DNA of 64,000 bases from an uncultured Actinomycetota bacterium. Lineage in GTDB: Bacteria; Actinomycetota; Actinomycetes; JAHEKZ01. The notes under the pieces were generated by a model. It ran no database searches, had not been told where the DNA came from, and was given only the letters and a program-made list of their open reading frames with translations. The translations under genes and the position numbers were made by a program. The stretch covers positions 1,440,001 to 1,504,000 of the forward strand of contig CAVQYR010000001.1 in assembly GCA_963718235.1 (NCBI GenBank), in the 5' to 3' direction. This document shows positions 1 to 10,100 of this stretch, in pieces. How positions within the stretch are numbered: position 1 is the first letter of the stretch; every line of letters starts with the position of its first letter.

Positions 1-664
1 CGGTTCGGAGGATCTGCTCGCCAACAGCCAGATCACCGGTCGGGTCACTCCGGGACTGGTCGACCTGATCGCTGCCGTGGCTACCGGGTTCGCCGGAGCG
101 ATCGCCCTCTCCAGGCGAGACGTCGCGGCCGTGCTGCCCGGCGTGGCCATCGCCATCTCCCTGGTGCCACCCCTCGTGGTGGTGGGGGTGTGTCTCAGCC
201 AGGGGGCGATCGCACTTGCGTTTGGAGCCCTCGTGCTCTTCACGTCCAACTTCGTCGCCCTGGTGCTCGCGGGGACGCTGGTCTACGCAGCGGCGGGCTA
301 CGCGGCCGAGTCCCACGCGGCTGAGGAGCTCTCTCGCCGCAAGTCGGTGCTTGCGATCAGCCTGTTGCTCGTGGTCGTCCTCATCCCACTGCTCGGCAAC
401 TCGGTGGCCGTGTACGCGGTCTCCGTCTGGACCGGCCGCGTGGAAACCGCTGCCGAGCAGTGGGTCAGCGAGGTGCCCGGTGCGTCGGTCCAGAAGGTGG
501 AGATCGCCTCGAACGCGGTCTACGTCCACATTCAGACCCCCCGGGACCTGCCCCCGACCGACCGTCTGGTCGCGGACCTCCAGGGGCGGATCCCCAACGG
601 CATCCCGGTCGTCGTGACGACGAGCCTGGGTGAGCAGATCGAAGCCGGGACCGTGGGCGGCTGA
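1..664 (+). CDS. DUF389 family membrane protein (5'-truncated by window edge)
   Basis: Frame open from base 2; NSQITGRVTPGLVDLIAAVATG and LPGVAIAISLVPPL motifs typical of DUF389; several TM helices. Confidence 0.85.
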   Translation, partial: GSEDLLANSQITGRVTPGLVDLIAAVATGFAGAIALSRRDVAAVLPGVAIAISLVPPLVVVGVCLSQGAIALAFGALVLFTSNFVALVLAGTLVYAAAGYAAESHAAEELSRRKSVLAISLLLVVVLIPLLGNSVAVYAVSVWTGRVETAAEQWVSEVPGASVQKVEIASNAVYVHIQTPRDLPPTDRLVADLQGRIPNGIPVVVTTSLGEQIEAGTVGG

Positions 665-690
665 CCGCTCGACCGCGCCGGTCCCGACCG

Positions 691-1221
691 CTACGCCGTG
701 CGTGCGTGCATGCGCCCCACGAGCATCAGCGTGACGCCCTCGACGATTGCCTGGATGCCGAGCAGGACGCCGAGGACGACGAAGGATGCCTCGACGATGT
801 TCAGCAGGACGATCAGGCCCAGGCCGACCGAGATCAGACCACTGATGACGAGGATCCAGCGCGCCTCCGGGTGGTCGGGCGCCGCGGCGATCCGGACGAT
901 CCCACCGACCAGGAACAGTGCGCCCGCCACGAGCGTGAGCGCCACAGCGGTCGCGGCTGTGTTCCGCAGGATCACCACGCCCAGCACGAGCAGCAGTCCG
1001 CCGCCCAGCGCGGTCGACCAGAACTTGCCCTCAGCGATCCGGAAGAACGCGGAGATCAGCTCGATGGCACCGCCGATGAGGGCCACCCACCCGATGAACT
1101 TCACCGACACGGTGGTGGCAACAACCGCATCGCCCAGGATGAGGACTCCGGCGATGATGAGCAACAGCCCGAAGACGATGTCCCATCCGCTGCGGCGCCG
1201 TTCGATGACGATCTCGGACAC
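691..1221 (-). CDS. HdeD/DUF308 family membrane protein
   Basis: GTG at 1221 preceded by GAGGAGG; repeated G-LLIIAG / GALFLVGGIVRI helical hairpins. Confidence 0.8.
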   Translation of the reverse strand: MSEIVIERRRSGWDIVFGLLLIIAGVLILGDAVVATTVSVKFIGWVALIGGAIELISAFFRIAEGKFWSTALGGGLLLVLGVVILRNTAATAVALTLVAGALFLVGGIVRIAAAPDHPEARWILVISGLISVGLGLIVLLNIVEASFVVLGVLLGIQAIVEGVTLMLVGRMHARTA

Positions 1222-1286
1222 GTGGCCCTCCTCGAGGGATGCGAAGGCAGGACTCTCGTGCCGCACGGTACCGGACCGCGCTGCGT

Positions 1287-1946
1287 TCACGGCGTATCTG
1301 AAGGGCGCAAGGACCTGACGAGGATGTCCAGGCTGAGCAGCAGGACCCACGCAGGAAACACGAGCTGCACCCACCGGGTGCCGGGCGGCATGAGGAGCAG
1401 GGCAAGCGCGCTGACGTAGCCGACCACCGTGAGCCAGCGTGGGGTGAGTCCCATTCGGTGGCCGACGGTGGTCACCACGAGCGTGAACACGGCCGCCATG
1501 CGCGCCCCGAACGTCGCGAGCAGGGTGGACGTCAGGGCACCCGCCAGTCGGATCGTGTCGTCGGAGGCGCCGTTCGGGTCGTCGTAGACGACGAGGAGAC
1601 TCCCCAGGACGGCCGCGGCACTGAACAGCATGGCGACGAACAGCAGGCCCGAGCCCAGCAGGACGGTGGCGAAGAACCTGTCCTCGCGCTCCCCGAGGCG
1701 GCTTCGGATCACGCCGATGAACCACAGGAACGCGATGCCGGCGAAAGGGACCAAGGTCAGGGCGAGGCCCACCGATTGTCGTCGAGAGGCACTCGAGATC
1801 CACCCGGTCGGGTCACTGCCGACCGAAGCCGCAGCGGAGTGCAGCATCACGATGACCGTGCCGAGGATGAGCGAGAAGGCCAGTCCGGCAATGGCCGCCG
1901 CGCGCGGGGTCCGCAGCTCTCGGCGGACCGTGATCGGTTCGGACAT
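1287..1946 (-). CDS. Multi-pass membrane protein of unknown function
   Basis: 219 aa, about 5-6 hydrophobic segments, GGAGG RBS; PFAGIAFLWFIGVIR..LG..EDRFF.TV motif. Confidence 0.75.
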   Translation of the reverse strand: MSEPITVRRELRTPRAAAIAGLAFSLILGTVIVMLHSAAASVGSDPTGWISSASRRQSVGLALTLVPFAGIAFLWFIGVIRSRLGEREDRFFATVLLGSGLLFVAMLFSAAAVLGSLLVVYDDPNGASDDTIRLAGALTSTLLATFGARMAAVFTLVVTTVGHRMGLTPRWLTVVGYVSALALLLMPPGTRWVQLVFPAWVLLLSLDILVRSLRPSDTP

Positions 1947-2101
1947 GACCCTCCGGTGTCAGGCGGGGTACCCCGATGACTTCGTTCGTTCCGCGGGCGA
2001 TGATGGCACACGCCAGCGGGTTCTCGACCGGGCCCGGCTCAGTCGTCGCACCCTTGTAGCGTGCGGTTCGTGCGGCTGCCTACCCCACTGAGAGGAAACC
2101 C

Positions 2102-2677
2102 ATGACACTGACTGCTGACCGGGCCTTCGTAGACGGCCTCGGCTTCTTCGGCTCGGTGGTCGACCGGCTGGGACCGGACGACTGGGGGCGGGCGTCGGCC
2201 TGCGCGGGCTGGACGGTGCTCGATGTCCTCGGCCACCTGAGCACGGCGGTGGAGATGGGGATCAGCGTGCTGCAGGGGGCGCAGCCGACCTGGCCGGAGG
2301 TCGCACGCCCCGCGGAGCATGTCGTGGGCGATCCGCTCACCCACTGGCAGGCGCTGGAGTCGCGCGCCAGGGCGGCTCTGGTGGGGGCTGACCTCGACCT
2401 CGAGATGGACACGCCGATGGGTCCTCGCACGGTCGCCGATCGGCTCGCGTTCCCGGCCATCGACCTGTACGTGCACGCCTGGGACGTCGGCGCTCCGTGC
2501 GGGGTACCGGTCGAGCTCCCCACCGAGGTGATCGACTTCAGCCATGCCCAGCTCGACCCCTTCCCGGCCGAGATGATGCGCGGTGATCAGGGGGCGTTCG
2601 GACCGGAGGTGCCGGCACCCGCCGACGCCACGACCAGCGAGGCCTTCCTCGCCTGGACGGGCCGCTCGCCCCGCTGA
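2102..2677 (+). CDS. TIGR03086/mycothiol-dependent maleylpyruvate isomerase (DinB-like) family protein
   Basis: CAGWTVLDVLGHL, VHAWD and C-terminal LAWTGRSP motifs; AGAGGA RBS. Confidence 0.85.
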   Translation: MTLTADRAFVDGLGFFGSVVDRLGPDDWGRASACAGWTVLDVLGHLSTAVEMGISVLQGAQPTWPEVARPAEHVVGDPLTHWQALESRARAALVGADLDLEMDTPMGPRTVADRLAFPAIDLYVHAWDVGAPCGVPVELPTEVIDFSHAQLDPFPAEMMRGDQGAFGPEVPAPADATTSEAFLAWTGRSPR

Positions 2678-2707
2678 ACGGACTCCCGGGAGGGGCTCCG
2701 GGACGGC

Positions 2708-2735
2708 TCAAGGGCCTCGCGCTTCGCGTCGATGA
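2708..2735 (+). promoter_or_regulatory. Putative sigma-28 (FliA/WhiG-type) promoter of the GGDEF-EAL gene
   Basis: (GC)TCAA-16 nt-GTCGATGA, 30 nt before ATG 2766; same spacing as the site upstream of the tasA-like gene. Confidence 0.6.
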
Positions 2736-2765
2736 CTGCTGCGACGGCCAAACTGGGGGTACCGC

Positions 2766-4769
2766 ATGCGCCGATGGGGGCTGACCGCGACCTTCGCGGT
2801 GGTGAGCCTCCTTGCCATGGCCGCTGTGGGGATCCTTCTCGTCGTGGCGATTGGCAAGCAGGCGCGCGAGTACGCCCTCGACGAGGCCGTGCGCACGGCC
2901 GAGGCCTACGTCTCCGCCGGAGTTCTGGACGTCGCTTCGGTGGAAGCCCTGACCGGGCGGGATGTCCTGCTGGCGCAGGACCGCATGCAGATCACCGACC
3001 TGGCAGCACCAGACGACGACCTCCTCGCGCTGCGCCTGTGGACGGCCGACAGCCAGCTCGTCTTCGGGACCGACTCGCAGGACGGTCGCTTTCCCGACGG
3101 GATCCGGCTCGACCAGGCGCTGACCGGGGTGCCGGCACCCCGGGTCGTCGACGACCTGGGGAATGATGGACGGGTCCAGGGTCGTGCCTTGTCGGTCTAC
3201 CTGCCCGTGCGTGACGAGCGGACCGGGAACCCGGTGGGGGCGGCCGAGGTCGTCCTGGACTACACCGAGACCGAGGCGGCCGTCTCCAGGGCGGTCGGGA
3301 TCGTGGCCCTGCTGGTCGTGGCCGGGCTCGGTCTGCTGTGGCTGCTGCTCTTCCGGACGGTCTCCAATGCGAGCCGGCGGCTGCGCAGTCACGCCACCGA
3401 GAACGCCCGGCTCGCGCTCCTCGACCCCCTCACCGCCCTGCCGAACCGCCGACTGCTCTCCGAGCGGATCGACCGAGCGGTGACGGCCGCCACCAGGTCC
3501 GAGCACTCGATGGCCCTGCTCCTGCTCGACGTCGACGGGTTCAAGGAGGTCAACGACACCCTCGGCCATGACTTCGGGGACAAGCTGCTCGTCGAGGTGG
3601 CCGGCCGGGTCCGCGCGGTGGCCCGGCAGACCGACACGGTGGCCCGTCTGGGAGGCGACGAGTTCGCCATCCTGATGCCTTACGTCCATGACGTGGAGGA
3701 TGCCTCGGCCCTGGCCCGTCGGGTGCTGGGCGTGTTCGGGGACGCGTTCTCCCTGGGCGGCATGACGCTCCACGTGGACTCCAGCATCGGTGTGGCCCTG
3801 CTGCCCGACCACGCCGACGACCAGATGACCCTGATGCGTCACGCCGACGTTGCCATGTACGCCGCCAAGCGGGCCAAGCTCGGGTACGCCGTCTACTCCC
3901 AGGAAGGCGACCACCACAGCGCTCAGCGGCTCACCCTGATGGGGGACCTGCGCCGGGCCCTGACCGCCGACGACCAGCTGGCCCTGCACTACCAGCCCAA
4001 GATCAACCTGCGCACCGGACGGGTCGCTGGGCTCGAGGCGCTGCTTCGGTGGAACCACCCCGAGGTGGGCAGTGTCTCTCCGGCCGACTTCATCCCGCTC
4101 GCCGAACAGACGGGAATGGTCAGCGACCTCACCCAGTGGGTGCTGGAGCGGGCCGTCGAGCAGCTGGCCGTATGGGAGGGCGACCGAGCGGGGTTCCCTC
4201 TCGATCTTGCGGTCAACCTCTCCGCCCGCAACCTGCACGAGACCGAGCTGTCCGCACGGGTGCGCCAGCTGCTCCAGGACGCCCGGGTCAGCCCGGCCTG
4301 CCTGGAGCTGGAGATCACCGAGAGTGCCATCCCGGCCGATGCGGGCCGGGCCCAGGACGCGATGGCCGAGCTCTCCGAGCTCGGCGTCCGGCTGGCGGTC
4401 GACGACTTCGGTATCGGCAACACCTCGATCAGCCAGCTGCGCAGCATCCCACTGCGCACGCTCAAGATCGACCGCTCGTTCATCGCGCCGCTCACCACCG
4501 ATGCCGGAAGCATCGTCCTGGCGAGAGCAATCATCGACCTGGCCCACGAGTTCGGGCTGGTCACGGTCGCCGAAGGCGTGGAGGACACTGAGACGGCGAC
4601 GATCCTTCGTGACCTCGGCTGCGACCTCGCTCAGGGGTTCCTCTGGTCTCCCGCGGTGTCGGCCGCCGACCTCGTCGCCGTCGCCCGGGAGATCGACGCC
4701 AAGGCCTACGACGCGGTGCCCGTCACCAGTGGTTCTGCGCGTAGAGCTCGGCCACGTCGCTCGCGGTGA
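2766..4769 (+). CDS. Membrane-bound diguanylate cyclase/phosphodiesterase (2 TM + extracytoplasmic sensor + GGDEF + EAL)
   Basis: DPLTALPNRR, RQTD I-site, GGDEF, EAL, VNLS, ELEITE, DDFG, KIDRSF, AEGVE and QG motifs all present. Confidence 0.95.
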   Translation: MRRWGLTATFAVVSLLAMAAVGILLVVAIGKQAREYALDEAVRTAEAYVSAGVLDVASVEALTGRDVLLAQDRMQITDLAAPDDDLLALRLWTADSQLVFGTDSQDGRFPDGIRLDQALTGVPAPRVVDDLGNDGRVQGRALSVYLPVRDERTGNPVGAAEVVLDYTETEAAVSRAVGIVALLVVAGLGLLWLLLFRTVSNASRRLRSHATENARLALLDPLTALPNRRLLSERIDRAVTAATRSEHSMALLLLDVDGFKEVNDTLGHDFGDKLLVEVAGRVRAVARQTDTVARLGGDEFAILMPYVHDVEDASALARRVLGVFGDAFSLGGMTLHVDSSIGVALLPDHADDQMTLMRHADVAMYAAKRAKLGYAVYSQEGDHHSAQRLTLMGDLRRALTADDQLALHYQPKINLRTGRVAGLEALLRWNHPEVGSVSPADFIPLAEQTGMVSDLTQWVLERAVEQLAVWEGDRAGFPLDLAVNLSARNLHETELSARVRQLLQDARVSPACLELEITESAIPADAGRAQDAMAELSELGVRLAVDDFGIGNTSISQLRSIPLRTLKIDRSFIAPLTTDAGSIVLARAIIDLAHEFGLVTVAEGVEDTETATILRDLGCDLAQGFLWSPAVSAADLVAVAREIDAKAYDAVPVTSGSARRARPRRSR

Positions 4770-5664
4770 GTGCCCGGTTCTGCCAGACGGCGACCTCGTC
4801 GACTCGTCCGGAGAGCTGGTCACGGGTCGGTGCGCCCGGGCCGAACCCGGTCGTGGCGTCGTAGCCGACCCGCCAGTAGCCGTGGCCGTCGGGAGTCGGC
4901 GGGACCGCCGGCGGGGGAGGGTCGGTCGGCTCGTTGCCGGTGTAGACCGCCCCTGACGTGAGCGTGGGGTCGGAGTCCACCTCGACGCCGTCCACGTACA
5001 GGACCGTTCCCGATGGGCCGACCGTGGCGACGAGCAGGTGCGGCACGTCGTCGTTGACGGGGGTGGCTCCCTGCACGGTCGTCCGAGGGGCCAGGCCCAC
5101 GGTGAATGCGGGCCGCCCGTCCGGTCGAAGGTAGAGCACCCGGTCCCGGTTGACCGACGTCCCCCACCGGGCCGATCCCATGCCCAGGACCCAGCCACCC
5201 TGGTCGGAGGTCGTCTGGACCCAGGCGCTGATCGTGAAGGTGTCCGGGTTGGGCACCGCGGTGGGCTGGACCAGGAACTGGCTGCTCGTCGGCGTGCCCG
5301 GCAGGTCGAGGGAGTAGGTGTCGTCGCACTCGATGAGCCCAGCGCTGGTCGGCCCGAAGGTCAGCCCGACGTCCTGGACGGTGGCGTCCAGGTCGTTGGC
5401 GGTCGAGTCCTGCACGGAGGTCACCGCGGGCGGTGCCTGCTCGCCGAGCCGCCAGTAGAACGAGGGGTTGGCGGCGAGCACGGCGGCCGCGTACGACGGT
5501 CCGGTCGAGCAGGCGGAGCGCGTGGTCATCGTGTTGCCGACGACGACGGCGGTGTCGTTGAACTGCGCCGTGGCCGTCATCGGCGGCTGCACCCCCACGG
5601 CCAGGCCGGTCAGGGTGGCTGCTACCGCGAGACCGGCGCCCCTAGACCACAGCGTGGGCGACAT
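4723..5664 (-). CDS. LamG-like (concanavalin A fold) exported protein with SipW-class signal peptide
   Basis: Signal ending TATAQFND; YWRLGE, FTISAW, HLLVAT, LYVDG and GRVDEVAVW LamG motifs. Confidence 0.85.
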   Translation of the reverse strand: MSPTLWSRGAGLAVAATLTGLAVGVQPPMTATAQFNDTAVVVGNTMTTRSACSTGPSYAAAVLAANPSFYWRLGEQAPPAVTSVQDSTANDLDATVQDVGLTFGPTSAGLIECDDTYSLDLPGTPTSSQFLVQPTAVPNPDTFTISAWVQTTSDQGGWVLGMGSARWGTSVNRDRVLYLRPDGRPAFTVGLAPRTTVQGATPVNDDVPHLLVATVGPSGTVLYVDGVEVDSDPTLTSGAVYTGNEPTDPPPPAVPPTPDGHGYWRVGYDATTGFGPGAPTRDQLSGRVDEVAVWQNRALTASDVAELYAQNHW

Positions 5665-6283
5665 CTTCGTGCCTTTGTCCCGGTCGGCGCTGCTGCGGCT
5701 CGTCGGTCAGGACGGGTGCGGGCGCCGGCCGCCACGACCAGAGCTCGGCCAGCAGCAGGAGCAGGAAGGGGGGAGCGAAGAGGACGAGCTTGCCGACGAA
5801 CGTTCTCGACCACAGGAGCCAGGCACCCCACCCGGCGTAGCCGTCGACCACGAGGTAGCGCACCTGACCCACGGGGGTGAGGTTGGGGTCCGGGTCCTCG
5901 TTGTTCTGGCCCTTGGTCTGCACGTAGTGGTCGGTCTCGATCCGACCAGACGGGCCGTACACCGGTGAGCCGTCGACCCCGGTTCGCGGCAGGGTCTTGA
6001 GGGCCACGATCTCGTGGGTGACGTAGGTGTGGCTCTCGAGGCTCTCCTTGAACGTGATCACCTGACCCACCTTCAACTGGTCTGGGGTCACCTGTTCGGC
6101 GACGACGACCGAACCGGCCGGATAGGTCGGGGCCATGCTGCCGCCGGTGAGCACGAGCAGGGTCTGGCCGCGCAGCTCGTAGACCAACGGACCGCCGTAG
6201 GCGAGCAGGGCACCGGCGAGGGAGGCGAGCAGGAGGCCCCGAAAGGCCCACCGCCGCGCCCTGGTCCTCGCCGGCGCCGTCAT
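5642..6283 (-). CDS. sipW: ER-type signal peptidase I (SipW-like, S26B)
   Basis: N-terminal TM, VLTGGSMAPT (Ser), VTHEI (His), TKGQNNEDPD, C-terminal TM; between two SipW-class substrates. Confidence 0.9.
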   Translation of the reverse strand: MTAPARTRARRWAFRGLLLASLAGALLAYGGPLVYELRGQTLLVLTGGSMAPTYPAGSVVVAEQVTPDQLKVGQVITFKESLESHTYVTHEIVALKTLPRTGVDGSPVYGPSGRIETDHYVQTKGQNNEDPDPNLTPVGQVRYLVVDGYAGWGAWLLWSRTFVGKLVLFAPPFLLLLLAELWSWRPAPAPVLTDEPQQRRPGQRHEDVAHAVV

Positions 6284-6285
6284 GC

Positions 6286-6918
6286 TCAGTTGTTGACGGT
6301 CTGCTCGGCGTCGAACGTCAGCGTGATCGTGCTGGTGGCGTTCTGGTACGCGTTGCCGGTAGCCAGGGGCAGAGCCACCCGGAAGCAGAGGTTCTCGGTG
6401 TCGCCGGCGATCAGCGACCGGTCGCCGGGCTGCAGACCCTGGGCGTTGTCACCGATGAGGTTCGCTGGGCTGCTCAGGTCGGTCGGACCACCCTCGAGGG
6501 TGCCCAGCGAGACATCCCCCGCTGCACACGCGATGGGCGCCACACCGCTGTAGACACTGATCCGCAGCTGGGTGCGCAGCGCCTTGGCGTCCGGGTTGTC
6601 CGCGGACGCGGTCAGGGCGTAGCGCAGCCGCAGCGATCCGTTGTTCTCGACCCGCACGTTGCCGTACACGTCGTCCCCAGGTGCCATGTTCCCGGCCGTG
6701 AGCGCGGCCGTGCCAGGGGTGGTTCCCAAGCGGACCGTGCCCGTGGTGATGTCGCTGGCGCCCAGCGTCTGGGAGTCGGTGAACAAGGCGCTGGACAGCC
6801 CGATCCCCACGAAGGCGAGAGCGGCCAGCGCGGTCGCGGCCCCGACCCGGCGCCTTCGATCTCGTTGGCCTTGGTCGTCCGGCCGGTCTCTCTCGAGCTC
6901 GGTCCACAGGTCGTTCAT
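6286..6918 (-). CDS. TasA/CalY-family exported fibre-subunit-like protein
   Basis: RRRR-hydrophobic-SSALFTD signal, then TTGTVRL, NMAPGD, VENNGSL.LRY and C-terminal GNAYQ..T.TLTFDAEQ typical of TasA family. Confidence 0.85.
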   Translation of the reverse strand: MNDLWTELERDRPDDQGQRDRRRRVGAATALAALAFVGIGLSSALFTDSQTLGASDITTGTVRLGTTPGTAALTAGNMAPGDDVYGNVRVENNGSLRLRYALTASADNPDAKALRTQLRISVYSGVAPIACAAGDVSLGTLEGGPTDLSSPANLIGDNAQGLQPGDRSLIAGDTENLCFRVALPLATGNAYQNATSTITLTFDAEQTVNN

Positions 6919-6982
6919 GTCGGCCCCCCGGGGTCGTCGGTCGGAAGGGCCGACGCTTGTTCGTCGTCCTCCCGTGTCCGCG

Positions 6983-7010
6983 TTATCGGCAGCGGAGGAC
7001 GCATGGTTGA
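6983..7010 (-). promoter_or_regulatory. Putative sigma-28 (FliA/WhiG-type) promoter of the tasA-sipW-lamG operon
   Basis: Minus strand (GC)TCAA-16 nt-GCCGATAA; -10 matches the canonical sigma-28 GCCGATAA exactly. Confidence 0.7.
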
Positions 7011-7059
7011 GCGCTTGCGCCAAGCAGGCTCACCCGATCGGCCCAGCGGGGCGACCCCG

Positions 7060-7106
7060 GACGACCGAAGGCCCGGACCGAGGGGAGGTCCGGGCCTTCG
7101 GTCGTC
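7060..7106. terminator. Perfect 20-bp stem hairpin, likely terminator of PKD protein gene 1
   Basis: GACGACCGAAGGCCCGGACC / GGTCCGGGCCTTCGGTCGTC with 7-nt loop, 9 nt past the stop at 7116. Confidence 0.8.
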
Positions 7107-7115
7107 TTGTGGTGG

Positions 7116-10100
7116 CTAGGTCACGGTGACAGTTCGAGTGGTCGTGCTGGACCGGTTCCACCCGTCCGTGACGGTCAGGGTGATCGTGTACGTGCCCGGA
7201 GCGGTGTAGGTGCGCGACGGTGACGCCGCGGTACTGGCCGCCGAGCCGTCGCCCCAGTTCCAGGAGTACCGGATCACGTCACCGTTGGGGTCGCTCGTGC
7301 CGAAGCTGTTCATCTGGCACACCCTGAGCGTGCAGCTGGCGGTGAAGGTCACCGTCGGCGGCTGGTTGGCAGCTGGTTCGATCAGCACGACCTGTCGGGT
7401 CGTGCTGGCTGCCTTGCCCCATCCGTCGGTGGTGGTCAAAGTGATCGTGTACGTGCCCGGAATTGCGTAGGTGTGAGCCGGTGCGGTGCCTGTGCCGGTC
7501 GCCGTGCCGTCTCCCCAGTTCCACACATATGCGATCGTGTCCCCGACGTTCGGGTCGACCGTTCCCGTGCTGCTCGTGGAGCAGGCCAGCGCGATGACAG
7601 CTGGTGAGGAACGTCGGAACCGGTGCCACGTTGCCGGCTGGCTCGGTGATGGTCACCGACAGCGCGGCCGTTGAGGTGACGTTCCACTCGTCCCTCACTG
7701 TCAGCACCACCGAGTAGGTACCCGGCGCGGTGTAGGTCTTGATCGGGATCGGCCCGCTCCCCGTGCCTTGGTTGGTACCGAAGTTCCAGGAGTAGACGAG
7801 CGCCGTCGGGTTCTCGTCGGTCGAGCCGCGACCGTCGAACGAGCAGACGTTCTGCGCGCACGAGACTGTCGCGGAGGCGACCGGCGGGTTGTTCACCGGG
7901 TGGGTCACCACGATGCCCACCGAGGTGCGGGTTTCCCCGATCTGGTCGTGGTGGTCGGTCGGTCGCACCAGGACGCTGTAGGTGCCGTCCGGGATCACCG
8001 GTGTGGTGTACGAGAAGTTCGACCCAGGGCTGCCGGGGCTGTTCAAGAACGCCTGCCGCCAGCTCGGCGTCGTGCTGGTGAACGTGCCCGTCGAGCTCAT
8101 GTACTGCCCCGCCGAGTTGACGATCCCGACCTCGACCCGGGCGATGCTGATGTCGTCGATGGCTCGGCCACTGACGACGATCTTGCCCTCGGTGAAGGTG
8201 GAGCCGTCGACCGGCTGACCCAGTGCCGCCTCGAAGGCGGGCGGAAGGTCACCGGGGTAGTAGCGGTAACGAGCGGTCGCCCCCGTCGTGGACGGGTCCT
8301 GCTGTCCTGACGTGTCGAAGGCGAAGGCGGTGATGCTGTAGTCACCTCCGGTGGGCAGAACGATGGGCAGCGTCCAGGCCGTACTGGTCGCACCGGGCGC
8401 AGCCAACGTCGCGTTGACCCGGTTGTAGCCGGAGAGCATCTGCCCGTTGTCCTGCATGTACCGACCCGTGTCGTTGTCGAACACGGTGAGCTCCACGCTC
8501 TGCACGCCCTTGTCGTCGGTGGCCGTTCCGGCCAGGTTGAGCTCAGGCACAGTGACCGTGAACGTCCCCGTCGGGTTGATCAAGCCGTCGGGCAGGAGGT
8601 CGCCGGGCACCTGGGCGCTGACGGTCAGCCGCCCCTGGTTCGCGGACGATGTGACGAGGTCGTCGTTGTCCGTCGCCCGAACCGTGAAGGTGTACGTGCC
8701 TGGGACTCAGGTTGAACGGCGTCGTGTACGACCAGTTGTAGCTGGCCGCGTTGATGTTGACCGGTGAGACCCGGTAGTTGCCAGCCGCGATGCCGACTCC
8801 CCAGGTGCCGTCGGCTCCCAGGTTCTCCCGGGTCGTGGTGTTCCGCAGAGTGATCTCCACGTTCTTCAGCCGGTCGTCGTCGGACGCGGTTCCGGAGAAC
8901 GTCATCGGCGAGCCCGGGTTGGCCACCACAGTCGGCACCGCGAACGGCGGGGTCATCGACACGGGCTGGCTGATGCTGACCGTCGGTGCCACGGCGTTCG
9001 AGTTGACCTGAAGTCGCGGACCGCGCTCCGCAGGTCAGCCTGGCCAGCCGTGTCCACTGCGGTGGCGCTGCCCCGCCAGACGCCCTCGTGGGGGAGGGTG
9101 ACCTCGTACGACCAGGTGGCCGACGTTGCTCCGACCACGTCTGGAACGCCGCGGAACGTGTTGAAGATCGGGTCCGACCGTGCCGTCGTTCTGCAGGTAG
9201 TTCTGGTTCTCGTCGCGGAACCAGTAGGTCAGCGAGTTGACCCCGTGGTCGTCGGTCGCCGTTCCCGTCATCGTGAAGGTCGTCGACGTCTGGATCCCAC
9301 TCGGACCGGTGATGTTGGTCGTCGGCGTCTGGTCGTCGAAGCTGAACGACTCGATCTTCTTGACTGCCTTGGTGGCATCGTTCGTGCCGTTGGTGCCGTA
9401 GGTCTTTGCCATGATCTGCAGGTTGTGGTTGCCCGTGATGGTGACTGGCAGAGACCACGGCGTCACGCCGCCACCGGGCGTACCCAGCGTGGCGTAGATG
9501 TTGTTGCTCCCACCCCAGGTGACACCGTCGTCCTGCAGGTAGCGCTTCGTGTCGCGGTCCTGGATCTCGACCTGTACCCGGCGGATCCCCTGGGGGTTCT
9601 TGGCCGTCCCCTGGATCGTGAATGGCACGCCCGAGGTGACCACGCGACCCTCAATCGGTGAGGTCGATCGTGGTGTCGGTGGTCGAGGGTGCTGGAACGG
9701 AGTTGAAGTCGTAGAAGGCGACACGTCCAGTGCGGACCCCGCCTTGGAACATTCCGTCGCCGGCGACGAAGAGCCCGCGTGAGGTCGCCTCCATGGCCTT
9801 GTTGCCCTCGAACGAGTTCGAGCCAGGGTTCCACTCGAGTGCCGTGCCGGTCGTCGGGTCGAGCGCGCCGATGTGGTCGCGACGCACGACCTGGTCACCG
9901 AGGCCGTAGCCGGACAGGCCCTGGCCGGTGCCGTAGCCGACGTTGTCAAGCCCGGGCCACGGCTGGTTCGCCGTCGGCGACTCGTTCCAGCTGAAGTGTC
10001 CACCGACGTAGACAGCGCGCTCGGTGATCGCGATCGAGTAGATGCTGTCGAAGCAGCGGGCGATCCACAGCGGCTCGACGTTGTCACCACCTGCGATGGG

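Noticed and set aside
2538-5198. 886-aa minus-strand ORF and similar long ORFs (26947-28755, 52963-56322, most of 42761-45505)
   Set aside because: Antisense or alternate-frame shadows of well-supported genes in high-GC DNA; no motifs
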